A DNA stretch of 64,000 bases, taken from positions 96,001 through 160,000 of the forward strand of contig OZ253580.1 of the NCBI GenBank assembly GCA_965263035.1, given 5' to 3'. This DNA is from Acidobacteriota bacterium (lineage in GTDB: Bacteria; Acidobacteriota; UBA6911; RPQK01; JAJDTT01). Made by a program: the position numbers and the translations under genes. This document shows, piece by piece, positions 50,490-60,315 of the stretch. Positions within the stretch are counted from its first letter, which is position 1; each line of letters starts with the position of its first letter. The notes beneath the pieces were generated by a model. It worked only from the letters and a program-made list of their open reading frames with translations, made no database searches and was not told the origin of the DNA.

Positions 50490-51338
50490 TTACCCGGAGA
50501 CAGGATTCGGCCAGTAGGCAGCCGCGGCGTTCTCTCCCATGACGGCGGCCAATTCCGCGGGATCCAGGTCGGTGTAGAAGCGTTCCTGGAGGCCCAAAGC
50601 GCTGGCGTAGCTGCACTTGAGCAGGACGTGAGGGAAGTCGCTTCCCCAGACCAGGCGGTCCGTACCGAAGGCCTCATGGAAAGCCTTGAAGAACGGATGG
50701 CAGTCCGAGTACGGCCAACCCTGGCGGGAGTGGTAGTAGTAGCCGCTGACCTTCACCGAAATCTGGGGAAACCGGCTCAGATCCAGCAGGTCCCGGAATA
50801 ACGGATCGCCGGTTCCGGCCGTCACGTCGGGATAGGCCATGTGATCGATGAGGAGAGGGACCTGGGGAAACCGTTCCGCCAACCCGGCCAGAGCCGGAAC
50901 GTGCTCCATCCTCATGAGCAGGTTGACGGCGATTCCCAGATCCTGGGCCGCTTCCCAGACCGGATACGAAGCGGGCCGGCCAAAGGTCACTTCCTCTCCG
51001 GGAACGCTGGGACGGATTCTCAATCCCCGGCAACCCCGTTCCCGGACCCAGTAGCGGAGACGCCGGTCCGCGCCCTCCCGCCGTGGGTCCACATAGCACA
51101 CGGCCGCCAGGCGTTCCGGATCACGGGCGGCGCAGTCGGCTACGTAGGAGTTGTCCTCGCCCGGGTAGAGGGGTTGCACCACGACGGCCCGGTCCACCCC
51201 GTGCTCGTCCATGTACTGCTTCAGCAGTTCCACGGGGACGTCCGAGGTCGGACTGACGATGGTGGCGCCGGGATTGGGATGATCGGGAGCCGAGCGCCAG
51301 ACGTGAAGATGCGCGTCTACAATTATTCGTGTTTCCAA
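50490..51338 (-). CDS. Amidohydrolase_2 family protein (lactonase-like)
   Basis: IVDAHLHVW, LIDHMA, VKVSG and RLVWGSDFP motifs. Confidence 0.88.
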   Translation of the reverse strand: METRIIVDAHLHVWRSAPDHPNPGATIVSPTSDVPVELLKQYMDEHGVDRAVVVQPLYPGEDNSYVADCAARDPERLAAVCYVDPRREGADRRLRYWVRERGCRGLRIRPSVPGEEVTFGRPASYPVWEAAQDLGIAVNLLMRMEHVPALAGLAERFPQVPLLIDHMAYPDVTAGTGDPLFRDLLDLSRFPQISVKVSGYYYHSRQGWPYSDCHPFFKAFHEAFGTDRLVWGSDFPHVLLKCSYASALGLQERFYTDLDPAELAAVMGENAAAAYWPNPVSG

Positions 51339-51369
51339 CGGTGGTCATGGACGGGGAGCGGCCTCGGCC

Positions 51370-52653
51370 TCATCTCCCGCCCGTCTTCTCCAAGGTCCAG
51401 AATACTCCCGCGACGACCCCTTTGAGGTGGTCCGGGACCGACTTGATGTGCTCGTAGTGGTAGACGGCCGTCATGAAGCGTCCCGGAGAAATCTCGATGG
51501 TCGGGGACGTGAACCCCGCCACGGGAGCCAGCAGAAACTTCTTGGACCCGTTCATGAGCGGGGTCCCGGAGCGGGTGCCGTTGACCCAGGTCTGTCCGCC
51601 GTCCAGGCTGATCCGCGCCGCCCTGCGCGTATTCCCACTGTGTCCCCAGGCGTGGGTCACCACCACGACGTTGCTGGGTGTCCAATCGACCGTCCCGCGG
51701 TGACCGTACCATTCGGTCATTCCGCCGGGCGCCAACTGGAAAGTCCGGCCGGCGTCCTTGGATTCGAAGAGCGCCCCCTGCTTGTAGTAGTGCATGGGGT
51801 TCCCCGTCTCCATCATCATCTTGGCGCCGTCCTCTTCGGGCCGGCCCAAGCGCTGGATCCGGGTCATGATCAGAACATGGTCCGGGTCGCCGGGTCCGAT
51901 GGCCAGCGTCGACTCGTGGGCGTTCAGGTCGGTGTAGACGCGGGCGGGTTCCCCCCAGGTCACTCCGCCGTCGGTGGAGCGCAAGACCACGTCCCCGAAA
52001 TAGTCCTCCGATGTGCCGCCGTACATGAAGTTGGGAGGACTCACCGGATCGGTGGGCGGATGTTTTTTCTTGTAGTCCTCGCTTGGCACGACGGTCGTGT
52101 TGAACAAGAGGGTCCCGTCCGGCTGCTCGATGACGGCCCGATTTCCATCCTCGTGGAACTTGATGTTGGGCGTCCCCGCCCCGAACTTGGTGAAATCGGT
52201 TTCAGAGGCGGTCCAGGTCTTGCCGCCATCGTCCGAGTAGGAGACAAACAGGTCCTGGCCGTAGAGGCGCAGCTCCTTCTGGTTCGGCGGATGCTCCCCG
52301 CTGGTCTGGTGGACCAGGAAGATCCTTCCTTTTCGGTTCACGCCCATTCCCTGCACCACCTGGTGGGGCCGGCCGAGTTCCGCCGGCGAGGAGGTCCAGG
52401 TCTCGCCATTGTCGGCGCTCGAGTACAGGACGGGCGGATCGGTCTGGAGCGCCAGGTAGATGGTCCCGTCCGGATGCCGCGCCATGGCCATCATCGCCCG
52501 TTTGGAGGCGCCCGCGGGGACGATGGTCACCAGCCGGTCGATTTTGACCGTCACCCGGTGATCCATCCCTTCTTTCTCTGTCTCCTGGGTTGCTTCCTGG
52601 CAGGCAGGAGAGATCAGCAAGAACAACGTCAGCCAGATCGGGATTTGTTTCAT
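51370..52653 (-). CDS. BNR/Asp-box (sialidase-like) beta-propeller, probable lipoprotein
   Basis: Asp-boxes SADNGETW, SDDGGKTW, STDGGVTW, SKDAGRTF and SLDGGQTW; leader MKQIPIWLTLFLLISPAC. Confidence 0.85.
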   Translation of the reverse strand: MKQIPIWLTLFLLISPACQEATQETEKEGMDHRVTVKIDRLVTIVPAGASKRAMMAMARHPDGTIYLALQTDPPVLYSSADNGETWTSSPAELGRPHQVVQGMGVNRKGRIFLVHQTSGEHPPNQKELRLYGQDLFVSYSDDGGKTWTASETDFTKFGAGTPNIKFHEDGNRAVIEQPDGTLLFNTTVVPSEDYKKKHPPTDPVSPPNFMYGGTSEDYFGDVVLRSTDGGVTWGEPARVYTDLNAHESTLAIGPGDPDHVLIMTRIQRLGRPEEDGAKMMMETGNPMHYYKQGALFESKDAGRTFQLAPGGMTEWYGHRGTVDWTPSNVVVVTHAWGHSGNTRRAARISLDGGQTWVNGTRSGTPLMNGSKKFLLAPVAGFTSPTIEISPGRFMTAVYHYEHIKSVPDHLKGVVAGVFWTLEKTGGR

Positions 52654-52850
52654 AATTTTTCGTTCTCCCAGAGCGGACATGGTGGTAGCGGCGATGGAAG
52701 ATCCGCGAATTGAATAACTTCCGCGCCGTCGACCGGAATAAGAAATCCAGAACGTTGGTCTATTGTCAACGCGACCGCAGCACGCCGTCAAGGAACGGTC
52801 CCTGGGTTATCTGCCCGATACACTCTGCCTCACCCTGCCTCACCGGGAAT

Positions 52851-53567
52851 TCACTTCCTGCTGACAAAGAGCACGCGGCTCGCTTCTTCGATTCCGTGGT
52901 TGCGGTCAAGGGATATACAAGAGACATCCGTCAAGCCGCTCCGTTCGAACGCCCGGACAACCGTGGAAACGGGATGCCAGGTCTGTAACAGATGAACAGT
53001 GTCGGGGCGAACCCGATCCGGGGATGATGTCGTCGCCCGGAACTCCGCCAGCCGAGTGTCCTCATCATATGACGCCGACACAACAGTTGTCATTCCCGGA
53101 TCGCGGATCGTCCGCGTGCCGGACCACGTCGTCCGATACATGATCGCAGTGTTGAGATCGAAGGCAAATGCGCCTCCTGGAGCGAGGCAACTTGAAACGT
53201 TGAGGAGTGCCGACTCGAGATCGTCCAACGTCAGCAGATGATTGAGGCTGTCGTACAGCGAGAAGGCGGCATCGAACTTGCGAGACAGGAAAAACGATCG
53301 GATATCCGCACAGATGAACTCACAACCGGGAGCGTTCACGGCCGCATGCCGGAGCATTTCGAAGGAGGCGTCGACACCAACAACCCGAAAGCCCTCTGCG
53401 CTCAGCTTCCGGGAAAACTGTCCGGTGCCACAGCAGGCATCCAGGATGGTGCTGCCGGGATCGAGCTTCCGCAATACAAGGCGCTCCATTTGCGGGAACC
53501 AGCCGAGGGAGGCCTCACCCCAGTGCCTGTTGTAGACGGCGGCGAATTTGTCGTACTTGGAAAGCAT
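52851..53567 (-). CDS. Class I SAM-dependent methyltransferase
   Basis: ILDACCGTG, GVDASFEML, DSLNHL and LAPGGAFAFD motifs. Confidence 0.9.
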   Translation of the reverse strand: MLSKYDKFAAVYNRHWGEASLGWFPQMERLVLRKLDPGSTILDACCGTGQFSRKLSAEGFRVVGVDASFEMLRHAAVNAPGCEFICADIRSFFLSRKFDAAFSLYDSLNHLLTLDDLESALLNVSSCLAPGGAFAFDLNTAIMYRTTWSGTRTIRDPGMTTVVSASYDEDTRLAEFRATTSSPDRVRPDTVHLLQTWHPVSTVVRAFERSGLTDVSCISLDRNHGIEEASRVLFVSRK

Positions 53568-53696
53568 GACTTTTACGGGTTAGAAGTTTCGTGGAACCGG
53601 CAGCGGCCCCGGCCCTCATTTCTCACCGTGAAATGCGATGATCACACTGGGTGGTGTCTTCGGTGTGCGCTCGCGAAAGCAAGCACGAAATGGGCT

Positions 53697-53710
53697 TGGC
53701 GGAGGAGGTG
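53697..53710 (-). other. Probable att core (tRNA-Ser-like 3' end) of a second integrative element
   Basis: TGGCGGAGGAGGTG reverse-complements to CACCTCCTCCGCCA, a tRNA 3'-end-like sequence, about 145 bp upstream of the integrase. Confidence 0.55.
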
Positions 53711-53854
53711 ACCCCTACCGGGAGGTTTTTTACGGTTTCAGGGAGTCTCACAAAGTCCACCTATCCCAAATCATTACTGGTATTTAGGGGTTCTTGACGT
53801 TTCACTCCGTTTCGGTTAGTCGCAGTACGATAGCGATACTGTAGGGAATACCGA

Positions 53855-55027
53855 ATGAAGAGACCACGGATACTGTCTGCGGCTTTTATCCGGAATGTCA
53901 ATCGGCCTGGACGCTATGGCGACGGGCGCGGTGGGCATGGATTGAGCCTTCTCGTCAAGCGTACCGCAAACGGGCGACTCTCGAAAACCTGGGCGCTGCG
54001 GCTCCGAAAGCATGGCAAACCGTTCAACGTCGGGTTGGGCATCTACCCGCTTGTGACGCTGGCCGAAGCTCGACAGGCTGCACTCGCCAACCGGCGGGCT
54101 TTGGTGCAAGGCCACGACCCGCGGGGTGGCGGCATTCCGACATTCGAGCAAGCCGCCGAAAAGGTCATCCGAATCCATGCGGCGACGTGGACGCCCGGCG
54201 GCAAATCTGAGGTGCAATGGCGGGCAAGTCTTCGCGACTACGCCATGCCGATACTCGGCCACATCCGGCTGGACAAGATCACGACGGCTGACGTGCTAGC
54301 CGTGCTCCTCCCAATCTGGAACGAGAAGCGGGAGACGGCTCGACGGGTGCGGCAACGCATCGGCGCCATCATGAAATGGGCGGTGGCTCAGAACTACCGT
54401 CAAGACAATCCAGCCGGGGAAGCCATCGGCGCCGCTCTGCCGAAAAACGGCGTTCATCGCCAGCACCACAAGGCGCTCCCGCATGGTGAAGTCGGGGCCG
54501 CAATTCAGAAGGTTCGACAGTCGGGCGCCTACCGGGCCACGGTGCTCGCGTTCGAGTTCATTGTGCTGACGGCTTGCCGCTCCGGTGAGGTTCGGGGCGC
54601 CCGGTGGAAGGAAGTGGACCTTTCGACGGCGACTTGGACCATACCGGGCAAGCGAATGAAAACTAGGCGGGAGCACCGGGTTCCATTGTCGAAACGGGCC
54701 CTGCAAATTCTGAACGAGGCGCTGGCATTCGCGGACGGTTCCGGGCTGGTGTTTCCGTCTCTGACCGGACGGACCTTGAGTGATTCGACGATTTCCAAGC
54801 TACTCAGAGAAATCGGTATCCCGGCGGTGCCGCATGGCTTCCGGTCCAGTTTCCGCGACTGGTGCGGCGACAACGGGACGGCGCGAGAAGTCGCGGAAGC
54901 GTGCCTAGCGCACACCGTCAAGGGTGTTGAAGGTGCATATTTTCGGAGTGACCTCTACGCGCGGCGGGCAATTCTTATGGAGAAATGGGCGCAGTATCAA
55001 TGTATGGAACTCAGTAAGACTCTATGA
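53855..55027 (+). CDS. P4-like tyrosine integrase (arm DNA-binding domain)
   Basis: GRYGDG...GL.L.V, GLG.YP.VTLAEAR, TACRSGEVRGA.W.E, K..REHRVPLS, PHGFRSSFRDW and LAH....E.AY.RSD; catalytic residues intact. Confidence 0.95.
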   Translation: MKRPRILSAAFIRNVNRPGRYGDGRGGHGLSLLVKRTANGRLSKTWALRLRKHGKPFNVGLGIYPLVTLAEARQAALANRRALVQGHDPRGGGIPTFEQAAEKVIRIHAATWTPGGKSEVQWRASLRDYAMPILGHIRLDKITTADVLAVLLPIWNEKRETARRVRQRIGAIMKWAVAQNYRQDNPAGEAIGAALPKNGVHRQHHKALPHGEVGAAIQKVRQSGAYRATVLAFEFIVLTACRSGEVRGARWKEVDLSTATWTIPGKRMKTRREHRVPLSKRALQILNEALAFADGSGLVFPSLTGRTLSDSTISKLLREIGIPAVPHGFRSSFRDWCGDNGTAREVAEACLAHTVKGVEGAYFRSDLYARRAILMEKWAQYQCMELSKTL

Positions 55028-55172
55028 TATAATTACCGAGATTCGTTTTTAAATCGATGTTCTAGATCCGTGTCAAGGCAAGGGAAATAGACACGAATCA
55101 ACGGGCACTCTAGAACTCGAAAGAGCCATTCCGTCTTATAGGCAAGATGGCTTCACGAGAAGGAGTGCTAAA

Positions 55173-55566
55173 GTGTACATCGAACCTCAGATTCTCCGCA
55201 TCCACGAAATTTGCCGAGTTGTCGGTCTGAGCAAGCCGACCGTTTACCGCGAGATGAAGCGGGGCACATTTCCGCCGCCGATTCGACTAGGAGTCTGCGC
55301 GGTAGGAATGATCGTAGCGAGAAAGCGGGGAATCGAGGCCAGATTTTCTCGATTTGGAGGTGCATAGTCGTTCTATTCGCCGAGAAATCGGGGAAATATG
55401 GACTGATTCTACCGCTTTCGCAGTAGATTAATTTCTGCCGCGCAGGCTCCTAGGCAAGCGGGCCGTCGGCTGGCGGCGGTCTGATATCCAAGAGTGGCTT
55501 GACTCCAGGCCATCGTCAACCAGCGAGAGTCGGGGCTGTGCCGATGAATGTAGTTCAGTTTCCTGA
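55173..55566 (+). pseudogene. alpA: AlpA-family regulator/excisionase disrupted by MITE copy 3
   Basis: ILRIHEICRVVGLSKPTVYREMKRGTFPPPIRL|GKRAVGWRRSDIQEWLDSR is restored in frame when the MITE and one CTAG are removed. Confidence 0.9.
55287..55453 (-). mobile_element. MITE copy 3 (inverted)
   Basis: Reverse complement of copies 1 and 2 with several substitutions; CTAG duplicated. Confidence 0.9.
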
Positions 55567-55694
55567 ACCGGACCTGTTCGGCTCTCTGGACATTCCCCCC
55601 GAACCGCAGAATCGCAACGAACGGAATCATTTTTCGTTTGCGCGGGCTTTCGTTGCTCAGCATCCAGAGGACCGCCGCTTCGATTCGACTATAG
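55544..55694 (+). pseudogene. Truncated ORF after alpA, possibly a primase/helicase N-terminus
   Basis: MNVVQFPEPDLF...NHFSFARAFVAQHPEDRRFD overlaps the alpA end and is cut by an IS; position fits int-alpA-rep satellite order. Confidence 0.3.
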
Positions 55695-56766
55695 CGGCCC
55701 GTGGTGAAAGTCCGGAAACGTCAACCCGGTCATATGAAATTGTGTTATGGCCATGGGAAAGAAACCGTCTGGAGGACCGCAGCGGAAGATGTGGGTGCCG
55801 ACGGAGAAACTGCCGCGCAGCCCGGGACATCCGTTCTACGAGCGGTTGAACCGAGTGCGGGAGAAAGCCGGCTTTGACGGCTTCGTGGAAGGCTTGTGCG
55901 CGGTTTTACGCGGAGCGGTTGGGTCGACCGAGTCTGCGGCCGGGAAGGTACTTTCGGATGCTGCTGATCGGGTACTTCGAAGGCCTGGACTCGGAGCGGG
56001 CCATCGGCTGGCGGGTGGCCGATTCGATGAGTGTGCGGGCCTTTCTGGAATACGATCCGGAGGAGGCGGTGGACCTGGAGACGGGGGCGGTGGTGGCGGT
56101 GACGGTACAAGGGGCGGAAGCGGGCGACACGAAGACGATGGACAAGACGTTGCGGATGGCCCGGGAGGAGGTGTCGGCGGTCCAGCCGGGGGCCGAGGTG
56201 AGGAAAGTGGTGGCCGACAAGGGATACACAGTACGAAAATCGCGTTGGAATTGAAGCAACAGGGATTTCGCAAGTACGTGTCCGAACCGGAGCGGAAGGG
56301 ACGACGACGCTGGAAGGGGCGGGTGGACGCCCAACGGGCCGTCTACGGCAACCGGCGGCGCCTTCGTGGCGTGCGCGGCCGGCGATTGCAGCGCCAGCGG
56401 AGCGAACGGGTGGAACGACCGTTTGCCCACAGGCGCGAGACCGGAGGGCTGCGCCGGATCTTCGCTCGGGGCCATCCCAATATGCGCAAACGACTGCTGG
56501 TGCACGTGTGCGGATTCAATCTGGGCCTCTTGATGCGCCAGCTGACCGGTTTCGGGACGCCCCGCAGCCTACAGGGACGCACGGTGGCATCTATTGGAGC
56601 GCAATTGGCTTGGTGGAGCGGCTTGGAGCGTTTGCTGAAGCGCTGCTGCGCGTCGATCCGCCCCGATCCGTCGATAGTCGCGTCCCAAATCCATCGTTAC
56701 ACTATCTGAACGTCAACGTTCGAATAGAACATTAACGCGCAAAATCAAGCCTTTTGCCACGGGCTG
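55695..56766 (+). mobile_element. Internally deleted IS1182/IS5-like (DUF772) element
   Basis: IR CGGCCCGTGGTGAAAG / CTTTTGCCACGGGCTG flanked by ATAG and CTAG. Transposase remnant 55747-56709 (LPRSPGHPFYERLN, YFEGLDSERAI.WR.ADS, VVADKGY, VERPFAH..ETGGLRR) has frameshifts and lacks its centre. Confidence 0.8.
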
Positions 56767-56840
56767 CTAGGAGCAATCGATTCCCATGTCTCAGAAAAAG
56801 CGTTTTTCCATACTATATTGAAAAGCATTGAAGCACCTAT

Positions 56841-58836
56841 CCCAGATTATTCATCATACAAACATAAAATGGGAAAGCGTTCCCGCCATGTCGAGTCGGA
56901 TCAGAGGGTTACGGGATACCCACAGAAAAAGGTCGAGAGCCGCCGTGGGTGAAACGCTATCGTGGTTTTCGACTCCGCCTTAATCTTTGGGTTCAGAGGG
57001 GTCCGAAACCCATGCATTTCCAAGGTTTTCTCCCCTTCCAGGGGCGGCATAAAGAGACGGCGTGCCCGTCATTTGTGGTATGATTATAGTGCTAAGAAAC
57101 AACCACAAAGAACGGAGCACGCCATGCCTGAGACGATACCGCAGATCCGGCCCTCATTCAACCGATCCCTCCGCCTCGAGACCCGCCCCGAGTTGCTCAG
57201 TGCGGACACGGGAGCCCTGGTGCAACGGGAGCTGATGGAGCGCAGCGGCCTCATCGATTGGTTGACCGAGCGGTTGCACGATCCGCGACACCCGAGTTCG
57301 ATCCGCTATCCGCTGTCGGATCTGCTGCGGACTCGACTCCTGCTGCTGGGGCAGGGCTGGCGCGACCAGTCCGACGCCGACCGCCTGCGTCAGGATCCGA
57401 GCTTGCGGGTGGCGAGCCAGACCCGTCGGGGCACGGCGGCCTTGGAGGAGGGCCACGGGCTGGCGTCGCAGCCGACCTTGTCCCGACTGCTGGACACGCT
57501 CAGCCGGGAGGAGAACCTTCCGGTCCTGCACCAGGCGGTGACGGAGCTGGCGTGCCGTCGGATCGAGATGATCGAAGGCCGGCGGCGAAAACGGGGGGAA
57601 AAGACCCCACGGAAGAAGAGACGGAAAAAGACGATGGTCCTGGACGTGGACGGTCTCCCGGTCGAGGTCCATGGGCATCCCCCGGGAAGCGAATGGAACG
57701 GATATTATCGCCAAAGGATGTACCACGGGTTGGTGGCGAGTTGTGCCGAGACGGGGGACCTGATCGACGGGGAGATTTATCCGGGGGCCAGCTACCTGGG
57801 GAAGCAGGCGCTGAAGTTGACGCTACGGGTGGTGGACCGCTGTCGCGGGCGCCTGTGCGGCTCGATGATCGTGCGGATGGATGCGGGGTTCCCGGAGCCG
57901 GGGCTGCTGAAGGGGCTGGAGTCGAGAAGCGTGCCCTATATCGCTCGAATCCGCAAGAATGAGGTCCTGAACCGGATGGCGAAGCCCTACTTGACCCAAC
58001 CGGCGGGGCGATCCCCGGATGCACCACCGAGGCTCTGGTTCCATGAGCTGACCTATCAGGCGGAGAGTTGGGATCGGGCGCGCCGGGTGGTGCTGGTGGT
58101 GCGGGAGCGACTGGGGGAGTTGTATCCGGATCATTTCTGGTTGCTGACGAGCCTGAGCCGGAAACGATACCAGGCTCAGGAGTTGCTGGCACAGTATCGA
58201 AAGCGGGGGAAGGCGGAAGGCCACATGGGGGAGTTGATGGACGTGCTCGATCCGGCCTTGTCCTCCGCGAGCCGGCCCAAGACGCACTATCGGGGCCAAC
58301 CGCTGAAGCCGGGAGCGAAGCCGGAAGCGACGACGGAGGCCGGGGTTCGACCCCACAACGAAGTCTTGTTCCTGCTGAATCTGCTGGGGTACGAGATCCT
58401 GCACCTGGGTCGGGTGCTGATGGAGCAGGCGACGCGTCGGGGCTGGAGTCTGCGTCGTTTTCGCGAGCGGGTGTTGCGAGTGGCATCTCGGGCGCTACGT
58501 CAGGGGAGGCGATTGATTTTCGTCATCAGTCAAGGGGCGACAGACTGGAAGCGGTTGTGGCAGAGCCTGGCGCGGGTGTCCTGGGCGCCGGGATAGGGGA
58601 CGGAGGAGAAATCGGGCCCGTGGAAGGGACCGAAACGGTGGGGATTTCTGGCCGGAAAGTCAACCTGTCGGCGGGTGACGGTCCCCCTGGCCGGTAAATG
58701 GTTTATGACTGGTTCAATCGTCCTGTTTTTGAGCCGATTCAGTCGAATCGACAGAGGTTCAAGAGAAACCGGGCTGCGACCGCACGAAAACGCCGGGTTG
58801 GAAGCCCTTATCAACATGTCCCATGAATAATCTGGG
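56841..58836 (+). mobile_element. IS1380-family element, complete, with 5-bp TSD
   Basis: Perfect 14-bp IR CCCAGATTATTCAT / ATGAATAATCTGGG; CCTAT duplicated at 56836-56840 and 58837-58841. Confidence 0.95.
57124..58596 (+). CDS. IS1380-family transposase
   Basis: LSADTGAL, DPR, LASQPTLSRL, LDVD, VRMDAGF and Y.KRG.AE motifs; start MPETIPQ at 57124 with GGAG RBS. Confidence 0.92.
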   Translation: MPETIPQIRPSFNRSLRLETRPELLSADTGALVQRELMERSGLIDWLTERLHDPRHPSSIRYPLSDLLRTRLLLLGQGWRDQSDADRLRQDPSLRVASQTRRGTAALEEGHGLASQPTLSRLLDTLSREENLPVLHQAVTELACRRIEMIEGRRRKRGEKTPRKKRRKKTMVLDVDGLPVEVHGHPPGSEWNGYYRQRMYHGLVASCAETGDLIDGEIYPGASYLGKQALKLTLRVVDRCRGRLCGSMIVRMDAGFPEPGLLKGLESRSVPYIARIRKNEVLNRMAKPYLTQPAGRSPDAPPRLWFHELTYQAESWDRARRVVLVVRERLGELYPDHFWLLTSLSRKRYQAQELLAQYRKRGKAEGHMGELMDVLDPALSSASRPKTHYRGQPLKPGAKPEATTEAGVRPHNEVLFLLNLLGYEILHLGRVLMEQATRRGWSLRRFRERVLRVASRALRQGRRLIFVISQGATDWKRLWQSLARVSWAPG

Positions 58837-58854
58837 CCTATTGATTTGACGCCA

Positions 58855-59316
58855 CTACAGTTTCAACTTGAGCCACTTGAATTTCCTCAACTTATCGACG
58901 ACGTGCCTTTCGTAGAATTCCTTGTTCTCGTGGCCAACTATATTTATTAGGGACGTGATAGTCTCGTCTATATTGGTGCATAGGTGCCGAACGTCTTTCT
59001 TTATCTCGTAGGGTAGGACAGACGAGTGGTCGTTCAGCACAACTTCCAAATTGGGTATCATTATTTTGAAACAACGGTATCTGGCCGCATTAATCCCGTC
59101 AAATGGCATAGGTTCTTGCATTGGATTGTCGTCAAGGATCGTGCTTACACCATCATGCACAATCCTCCTGACATTCTTGATCTGCTTACGTCTCCGGCAA
59201 TACGCTCGAAGGTTGAGATTAAAACCGAGAAATCCCAAGACTACGAGCAGGAACAGTAGATTATTCTGATCTAGAATATAATCCAGTATGTAATCGGCTA
59301 GTTCTGAAATATCCAT
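58855..59316 (-). CDS. Low-GC hypothetical membrane-anchored protein (153 aa)
   Basis: Clean ORF in AT-rich DNA; one N-terminal TM (LLFLLVVLGFLGFNL) followed by basic RRRK. Confidence 0.65.
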   Translation of the reverse strand: MDISELADYILDYILDQNNLLFLLVVLGFLGFNLNLRAYCRRRKQIKNVRRIVHDGVSTILDDNPMQEPMPFDGINAARYRCFKIMIPNLEVVLNDHSSVLPYEIKKDVRHLCTNIDETITSLINIVGHENKEFYERHVVDKLRKFKWLKLKL

Positions 59317-59519
59317 TGGTTCCCGTCCGGTTCCTTGGAGTCTAACGACAATCCCTGACTACGAATCCCGTTGACTTCAGAGGTCCCCGGCCAGCGTCCA
59401 GGGCCAGGAATCGGCCTGATTCCGGCCAGATTACCGCCAGGGGCTTGACGCCTTCTCCCGGCTCCTGATAGCAGTTACCGGCAGTCGGATTTCAGATAAT
59501 TTCAGTTAACGGACGTAGA

Positions 59520-59589
59520 GTGTCCATCAGGGGAGACCGACCAAATCAGAGCGGCGGTCGGGTCCATCCCCGCCTGTGCGGGGGAAATC
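59520..59589 (-). CRISPR. Type I-E-like repeat (copy 2) with possible degenerate partner repeat
   Basis: Full repeat at 59561-59589 (one substitution vs copy 1). GTGTCCATCAGGGGAGACCG at 59520-59539 resembles a repeat lacking its hairpin centre, about 20 nt away. Confidence 0.55.
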
Positions 59590-60207
59590 GATCCGGTTCT
59601 GGTGGAACCGTTTTGGCCCGATCTTTGCCGCCGAGCTCCGCAAGAAGCGGACAGGTCGAATGCGTGCGTTGTCGGCTTGGCGGTGGCACCTTGATGAGGT
59701 GTTCGTGAAAATCAATGGCGAACGCCATTACCTGTGGCGTGCCGTGGACCAGGAAGGCGAGGTGCTGGAGGCCTTTGTCTCGAAGAAGAGAGACCGCAAG
59801 GCCGCTTTGAAATTCCTCAGGAAACTGAGGAAGCGCTACCCCCCCAGGCCGGATGCGATCATCACGGATCGGCTGAGGTCTTACCGCGCGGCCTTGCGTG
59901 AACTGGGCGGATCCAGTCTGCATCAAGCTGGCCGATGGCTGAACAATCGTGCGGAGAATTCCCCCCTGCCGTTCCGGCGGCGAGAACACGCGAGGCTCCG
60001 TTTCAGGCGGATGCGAAGCCTCCAGAATTTTACCACCGTCCATTCTTCCGCCTACAACCACTTCAACCTGCGACGACCTCTCTGTTCACGGGACACTTTC
60101 AAGCTCAACCGCGCCGCTGCACTTGCCCAGTGGCGTCAACTCGGGGCGGCCTAATTCCCTGTCCCCGGTGGAATAACTCAGACCTGCGATTTTACTCTGA
60201 CAGTGCC
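59590..60207 (+). mobile_element. IS6-family element, 5'-truncated (copy 2)
   Basis: Same as 44382-44999. Confidence 0.88.
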
Positions 60208-60315
60208 TTGCCGACTGGTCGGGAAGCAAAAGAGGCGGGTGCGTGGAACTCAAAGGATATTTTTGCAGCAATTTGGACAGTACCTTGAGCAGGCACTTCA
60301 GGCGGGCATCCCCTC

